Assembly (NCBI RefSeq): GCF_004339545.1
Contig: NZ_SMGD01000006.1
Span: forward strand, 16,293 to 56,292
Reading direction: 5' to 3'
DNA length: 40,000 nt
DNA from: Celerinatantimonas diazotrophica
GTDB lineage: Bacteria > Pseudomonadota > Gammaproteobacteria > Enterobacterales > Celerinatantimonadaceae
Shown: positions 35,119 to 40,000 of the stretch, piece by piece
Layout of the letters: every line of letters begins with the position of its first letter
Numbering within the stretch: the stretch's first letter is position 1
Translations under genes and position numbers: made by a program
Notes under the pieces: model-generated
The model's database searches: none
What the model saw: only the letters and a program-made list of their open reading frames with translations
What the model was told of the DNA's origin: nothing

Positions 35119-37281
35119 ATGAAAAAAGTAACTACTGTATGTCCTTATTGTGGGGCTGGCTGTAAATTAAATCTGGTTGTCGAAGATGGCAAAATCATTC
35201 GCGCCGAAGGCGCTGATGGTGCTACCAACCAAAATGAGTTATGTCTAAAAGGCTACTACGGTTGGGATTTCTTAAACGATACCAAATTATTAACACCACG
35301 GATTCGTGAACCGATGATCCGGCGTAAACGCGGTGAACCATTTGAAGTGGTTAGCTGGGATGAAGCGATTAAATACACCGCGAAACGCTTAAGCGAAATT
35401 AAAGAAAAATACGGTCCTCGTTCCATTATGACCACTGGCTCATCGCGTGGTACTGGTAACGAAACGAACTTTGTGATGCAAAAATTTGCGCGTGCTGTGA
35501 TTGGCGCGAACAATGTCGATTGCTGCGCTCGTGTTTGTCATGGTCCATCGGTAGCAGGGCTTCGTGAAACACTCGGCAACGGTGCGATGAGTATCTCAAT
35601 CTCTGGGATTGAAAAATCAAACTGTTTATTAGTCTTTGGTTATAACTGTGCCGACTCTCATCCGATTGTGGCTCGCCGTGTTGTTAAAGCTCGCGAAAAT
35701 GGCGCAAAAATTATTGTTTGTGACCCACGCAAAATTGAAACGGCCCGAATTGCCGATCAGCATTTGCAGTTGAACAATGGTTCTAACATGGCGCTGGTGA
35801 ATGCCTTCATTCACACGTTGATTGAAGAAAATCTCTACGATAAAGAATATGTTGCTAAATATACCGAAGGGTATGAAACACTTTGGGATGTCGTAAAAGA
35901 TTACTCACCTGAAAAAGTTGAAGAGATTACGGGTGTGCCTGCAGGTGATGTTCGCCAAGCGATGCGCACATACGCTGCTGCCCCATCGGCTGTCATCATG
36001 TGGGGGATGGGCGTGACTCAATTCGGTCAGGGCACTGAAGTGGTCAAAGGTCTGTCAACGGTTGCTGCCTTAACCGGTAACTTAGGTCGAGAAGGTGCCG
36101 GTGTTGCGCCTGTTCGTGGTCAAAATAACGTTCAAGGTGGCTGTGACATGGGCGTTCTGCCTGATTTGTTCCCCGGCTATCAAAAAGTGACTGATCCAGC
36201 TGTTCGCGAGAAATTTGCGAAAGCTTGGAATATCGACCCTGAAAAAATGGATAAAGAAGTTGGGGTTCGTATTACCCAGGTGCCACATCTGGCTCTAGAA
36301 GGGAAAGTCAAAGCCTACTACATCATGGGTGAAGATCCGCTGCAAACCGAAGCTGACTTAGGGTTAGTTCGTAAAGGAATGGAAGCGCTTGATTTCTTGG
36401 TCGTGCAGGATATCTTTATGACCAAAACGGCTTCCCAAGCTGATGTGTTACTGCCAGCTACCTCGTGGGGTGAACATGGTGGGGTCTTTACGTGTGCCGA
36501 TCGTGGCTTCCAGCGGTTTGAAAAAGCGATTGAACCCAAATACAACGTCAAACGTGATTGGGAAATCATTTCACTGCTAGCCACTGAAATGGGTTATCCA
36601 ATGCACTATGATAACAACCAACAGATCTGGGATGAACTGCGTGAGTTATGCCCACTGTATTACGGTGCAACTTACGAAAAAATGGAAGGGTTAGGGCACG
36701 TTCAATGGCCATGTCCGACGTTGGATCACCCAGGGACACCATTCTTGTACAAAGAAAATGAATTTTCAACTCCGAGCGGGAAAGCTCAATTATTTGCTAC
36801 TGCATGGCGCAGTCCGGCTGAACGACCAAGTAAAGATTTCCCTCTGGTGTTGTGTACTGTCCGTGAAGTGGGTCATTATTCATGTCGTTCTATGAGTGGT
36901 AACTGTGCTGCATTACGTACCTTGGCTGATGAACCCGGATTTGTACAAATGAATCCTGCAGATGCGCAGAAACTGGGGATCGATGATCAGCAGCTCGTAT
37001 GGGTTGAATCGCCTCGTGGTAAAGTGATTACTCGTGCCAACTATAATGACCGGATCAACAAAGGCGCGGTTTATATGACTTACCAATGGTGGATTGGTGC
37101 TTGTAATGAGTTGACTCAGGATAATCTGGATCCAACTTCAAAAACACCTGAAACTAAATACTGCGCGGTGAAAGTGAGTGCTATTGCCGATCAAATTTGG
37201 GCTGAAAATCATACGGCTCAAGTTTACAATGAGTTAAAAGCACGGCTTCGTAGTGCAGTAGATCAAGCTGTTGGTGCTTAA
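35119..37281 (+). CDS. fdhF: formate dehydrogenase H (molybdopterin), cysteine-type
   Basis: 720 aa. MKKVTTVCPYCGAGCKLNLVV... is collinear with E. coli FdhF. Residue 140 is Cys (TGT, 35536-35538) in CCARVCHGPSVAGL, where E. coli has Sec (UGA). Confidence 0.95.
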   Translation: MKKVTTVCPYCGAGCKLNLVVEDGKIIRAEGADGATNQNELCLKGYYGWDFLNDTKLLTPRIREPMIRRKRGEPFEVVSWDEAIKYTAKRLSEIKEKYGPRSIMTTGSSRGTGNETNFVMQKFARAVIGANNVDCCARVCHGPSVAGLRETLGNGAMSISISGIEKSNCLLVFGYNCADSHPIVARRVVKARENGAKIIVCDPRKIETARIADQHLQLNNGSNMALVNAFIHTLIEENLYDKEYVAKYTEGYETLWDVVKDYSPEKVEEITGVPAGDVRQAMRTYAAAPSAVIMWGMGVTQFGQGTEVVKGLSTVAALTGNLGREGAGVAPVRGQNNVQGGCDMGVLPDLFPGYQKVTDPAVREKFAKAWNIDPEKMDKEVGVRITQVPHLALEGKVKAYYIMGEDPLQTEADLGLVRKGMEALDFLVVQDIFMTKTASQADVLLPATSWGEHGGVFTCADRGFQRFEKAIEPKYNVKRDWEIISLLATEMGYPMHYDNNQQIWDELRELCPLYYGATYEKMEGLGHVQWPCPTLDHPGTPFLYKENEFSTPSGKAQLFATAWRSPAERPSKDFPLVLCTVREVGHYSCRSMSGNCAALRTLADEPGFVQMNPADAQKLGIDDQQLVWVESPRGKVITRANYNDRINKGAVYMTYQWWIGACNELTQDNLDPTSKTPETKYCAVKVSAIADQIWAENHTAQVYNELKARLRSAVDQAVGA

Positions 37282-37287
37282 ATTGGT

Positions 37288-39570
37288 ATGAATCAGGCGG
37301 TTGCGATTCGTATTCAGGGAACGATTCAAGGGGTAGGATTTCGCCCGTTTATCTGGCAGTTGGCTAAGCGTTATCAACTGTGTGGGGATGTTTGTAATGA
37401 CGGCTCTGGGGTATTAATCAGAGCCTATCCTATTCCTGATTTGCAGCGTTTTACGCAAGATTTACGAATGCATGCACCGCCTTTGTCTGATGTTCAAAAC
37501 GTGGGGTGGCAGTTTTTTCACTGGCATCAGCCGCCCCCGAATTTTTCTATTCGAGCCAGTTGTCTTGATGGCAGTCAAACCGCTATTGCACCTGATGCCG
37601 CAACGTGCCCAGAGTGTTTAGCTGAAATTTTTTCCCCAACTAGCCATCGCTACCGTTACCCGTTTACCACTTGTACACACTGTGGCCCTCGTTTTAGTGT
37701 GATAGAAGCACTGCCTTATGATCGTGAACGCACGACTTTGCATGAATTTCCCTTGTGTTCTGATTGTTTAAGTGAGTATCACTCGCCTGATAACCGGCGT
37801 TTCCATGCTGAGTCAACGGCTTGCCCTGATTGCGGGCCCAAACTCATTTGGCTCGATCATAGCCCCCATGTTCGCCATCTTGACCCACTTGCGACGGCAC
37901 TTGCAACCTTGCAAGAGGGGAAAATTATATTACTCAAAGGGTTAGGTGGTTTTCATCTGGTTTGTGACGCGACCAATGAGCAAACTCTGGCAACCTTGCG
38001 CCAGCGCAAACAACGGGTGAGTAAACCATTTGCATTGATGGTCCCTAATCATCAGTGGTTAGCTAAATTAGTTGTGCCAGAGCAATTAGCCGTGGCACAT
38101 CGGTTACTCAGTTCAAGCGCGGCGCCCATTGGCTTATTTCGTCGGCGGATCGATGCGCCCATAGCCTCCTTAGTGGCACCGAGGCTCGATGAGCTAGGCC
38201 TTATTTATCCATCTAATCCGTTGCACCATCTAATTGCCCGAGAATTCAACCGACCGTTGGTGTTAACCTCGGCGAATCAGTCAGCACTGGCTCCCATGCT
38301 TGATGATGAACACGTTTGGGAAACACTGGGCCCTTTGGTCGATGGCATGCTTGGTCACAACCGTAAGATTGTAACTCGAGTCGATGACTCGCTGTTACGC
38401 TTAGATCACCAGCAACAAGCGGTGCTGCTACGGCGCAGTCGCGGTTATGTGCCGCAAAGCAGCCTAATGGATGAAGTTCTCATGCTGGCTGCACCATTGT
38501 TGGCGATGGGGGCTGATCTTAAAAACACGTTTGCACTGGCAAGAAACCGAGAAGTGATTTTAAGTGCCCACTTCGGTGATCTGACGTCATTGTCGGTGCA
38601 AAATCAGTATCAGCAAGCGATTGAGCATTACCTGAAGTTGTATCAGCTCCATCCGGAACATATCGTCATTGATGCTCATCCGGGGTATTACAGCCATCAG
38701 ATAGGGCGAATGTTGGCTGAGCAACTCAATGCGCAGGTGGTTAAGGTGTATCATCATCATGCGCACGTTGCTGCAGCAATGGTTGAGGCTCAGGTGAAAG
38801 CAAACCAGCAGGTGGTCGGGATCTGTTTGGATGGTTTGGGGATGGGGCCCAATGGGACCTGGTGGGGCGGTGAGTGTCTGGTCGCCGACTACCAAAGTTT
38901 TGAGCATGTCGGTGGGTTGCCTGCGGTGGCTCTCCCGGGAGCAAATTTAGCCGCGCGCCAGCCGTGGCGAAATCTATTAGCGCAGTGGTTAGCATTTGTG
39001 CCGAACTGGTCTGAACGTTGGCCAAACGATCTAGCCGATTGTCCCGTTCAACCACTGAGCGCAGCCATAGCTAGGCAGGTGAACTCACCGCTTGCCAGCT
39101 CTGCTGGGCGTTTGTTCGATGCGGTTGCTGCTTATCTTGGTTGCTCACCAAGAGTGCTTGATTATGAAGGGCAGGCGGCTATCAGCCTTGAACAGTTAGC
39201 GATGCAGGTGAGCAGTTTACCTACGTCTTTAACCATGGCTTTAGTGCCATGTGGCGATCAGTATTATTTGGATATGACTGATTTTTGGCAACAATGGCTG
39301 AGTGTCAAAGGTTCACGAGCACAAAAAGCATGGTTATTTCATGATGCGTTGGCTAATGGTTTTGCTCAGTTGGCCCTTAAGGTGGCCGATGCGCGTCGTA
39401 TCGAGACGATAGTGCTCTGCGGAGGGGTGATGAATAACCTGCTGTTGCGCTCACGCTTCGAATACTATCTAAAGTCCAAACGGGTTATTTGTGCACGGCA
39501 ATATCCATGTGGGGATGGGGGATTGGCTCTGGGACAAGCGGCGATCGGTGCCGCTCAGTTACAGATATAG
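37288..39570 (+). CDS. hypF: carbamoyltransferase HypF
   Basis: 760 aa. The N-terminus is acylphosphatase-like (IRIQGTIQGVGFRPFIWQLA). Two zinc-finger pairs follow (CPECLAEI...CTHCGPRF; CSDCLSEY...CPDCGPK), then YrdC-like and Kae1-like domains. Confidence 0.93.
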   Translation: MNQAVAIRIQGTIQGVGFRPFIWQLAKRYQLCGDVCNDGSGVLIRAYPIPDLQRFTQDLRMHAPPLSDVQNVGWQFFHWHQPPPNFSIRASCLDGSQTAIAPDAATCPECLAEIFSPTSHRYRYPFTTCTHCGPRFSVIEALPYDRERTTLHEFPLCSDCLSEYHSPDNRRFHAESTACPDCGPKLIWLDHSPHVRHLDPLATALATLQEGKIILLKGLGGFHLVCDATNEQTLATLRQRKQRVSKPFALMVPNHQWLAKLVVPEQLAVAHRLLSSSAAPIGLFRRRIDAPIASLVAPRLDELGLIYPSNPLHHLIAREFNRPLVLTSANQSALAPMLDDEHVWETLGPLVDGMLGHNRKIVTRVDDSLLRLDHQQQAVLLRRSRGYVPQSSLMDEVLMLAAPLLAMGADLKNTFALARNREVILSAHFGDLTSLSVQNQYQQAIEHYLKLYQLHPEHIVIDAHPGYYSHQIGRMLAEQLNAQVVKVYHHHAHVAAAMVEAQVKANQQVVGICLDGLGMGPNGTWWGGECLVADYQSFEHVGGLPAVALPGANLAARQPWRNLLAQWLAFVPNWSERWPNDLADCPVQPLSAAIARQVNSPLASSAGRLFDAVAAYLGCSPRVLDYEGQAAISLEQLAMQVSSLPTSLTMALVPCGDQYYLDMTDFWQQWLSVKGSRAQKAWLFHDALANGFAQLALKVADARRIETIVLCGGVMNNLLLRSRFEYYLKSKRVICARQYPCGDGGLALGQAAIGAAQLQI

Positions 39571-39592
39571 GCAAGTCACCGTGATTGCGCAT

Positions 39593-39988
39593 TCATACTG
39601 ACAAAGGTTGTGGTAAGTAGTCTTGTTCCAGTTCTAGCAACTGCTGTTTAATTTCGACCCCGCTAGCAAACCCGACCAGCTGACCATTGCGGCCAATTAC
39701 TCGGTGGCAAGGAATGATGATAGGGAGGCGATTTCTGTTGTTTGCCATACCAACGGCTCTTGCCGCGCCCGGTTTACCCAGTGCCAGCGCAATGTCCTTA
39801 TAACTTCGCGTCTGCGCATAAGGGATCTGGCGTAGTTGTTGGTAGACCTGCTGTTGAAATTCTGTTCCTGAAATATCTAATGCGACGCTAAATTGCTGAC
39901 GCTTACCTAGGGACTGTTGATCTTTCGTGGTGGTTTTTTGAACGGCATGGTAAAGGGTTATAATTTGCTTCGCCAAAAGTAAAACCAT
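39593..39988 (-). CDS. ogt: methylated-DNA--protein-cysteine methyltransferase (Ogt/Ada C-domain type)
   Basis: It has the active site IIPCHRVIG and the HTH region SYKDIALALGKPGAARAVGMANNRN. The reading frame stays open upstream to the window edge (codons WYWF at 40000-39989). The true start may therefore lie outside the window, and a 131-aa product would be short for this family. Confidence 0.8.
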   Translation of the reverse strand: MVLLLAKQIITLYHAVQKTTTKDQQSLGKRQQFSVALDISGTEFQQQVYQQLRQIPYAQTRSYKDIALALGKPGAARAVGMANNRNRLPIIIPCHRVIGRNGQLVGFASGVEIKQQLLELEQDYLPQPLSV

Positions 39989-40000
39989 GAACCAATACCA

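Noticed and set aside
35119-37281. Looked for an in-frame TGA (selenocysteine) and a downstream SECIS hairpin in fdhF
   Set aside because: The ORF is uninterrupted, and the Sec140-equivalent codon is TGT (Cys).
1-40000. Scanned non-coding gaps for CRISPR repeats, tRNA/rRNA, IS ends, integrase/att sites and toxin-antitoxin or defence-type small gene pairs
   Set aside because: None recognised. Every gap longer than 100 bp is accounted for by promoters, terminators, the GMC relic or convergent gene ends.

Overview
Chromosomal window from a gammaproteobacterium. Gene content and order suggest Vibrionaceae, but that is an inference, not a database hit. It is about 90% coding. I saw no rRNA, tRNA, CRISPR array, transposase or integrase.

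Blocks:
1. 1-4213 (minus strand): osmoprotectant operon betI-betB-betA followed by a choline/betaine binding-protein gene that runs off the left edge.
2. 4442-4989: a frameshifted, doubly truncated relic of a second GMC (BetA-like) oxidoreductase.
3. 5037-7653: lemA, a GIDE-like membrane protein gene and an MscS-family channel gene.
4. 7704-14745: the most unusual part. pseG and pseF (pseudaminic acid pathway) are transcribed divergently from a tightly coupled six-gene operon: PseH-like GNAT, stand-alone acyl carrier protein, FabG-like SDR, adenylate-forming ligase, LuxE-family acyl-protein synthetase and LuxC-family acyl reductase. It ends at a strong hairpin terminator. There is no luciferase, and pseB, pseC and pseI are absent. 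I read it as an uncharacterised module that builds a non-acetyl N-acyl substituent for a nonulosonic acid.
5. 14808-16543: a FAH-family enzyme and a Sel1-repeat membrane protein.
6. 16669-39570: a complete Hyf-type formate hydrogenlyase supercluster. fhlA and hypEDCBA are on the minus strand. hyfABCDEFGHIJ-hycI and hydN-fdhF-hypF are on the plus strand. It has recognisable sigma54 (-24/-12) promoters, shared TGTCGA/GACGAG enhancer-like motifs, a cysteine (not selenocysteine) FdhF and a very His-rich HypB.
7. 39593-end: an Ogt-type methyltransferase gene.

Many ORF-track starts are upstream over-extensions. I re-called them from homology-consistent N-termini and RBS positions.
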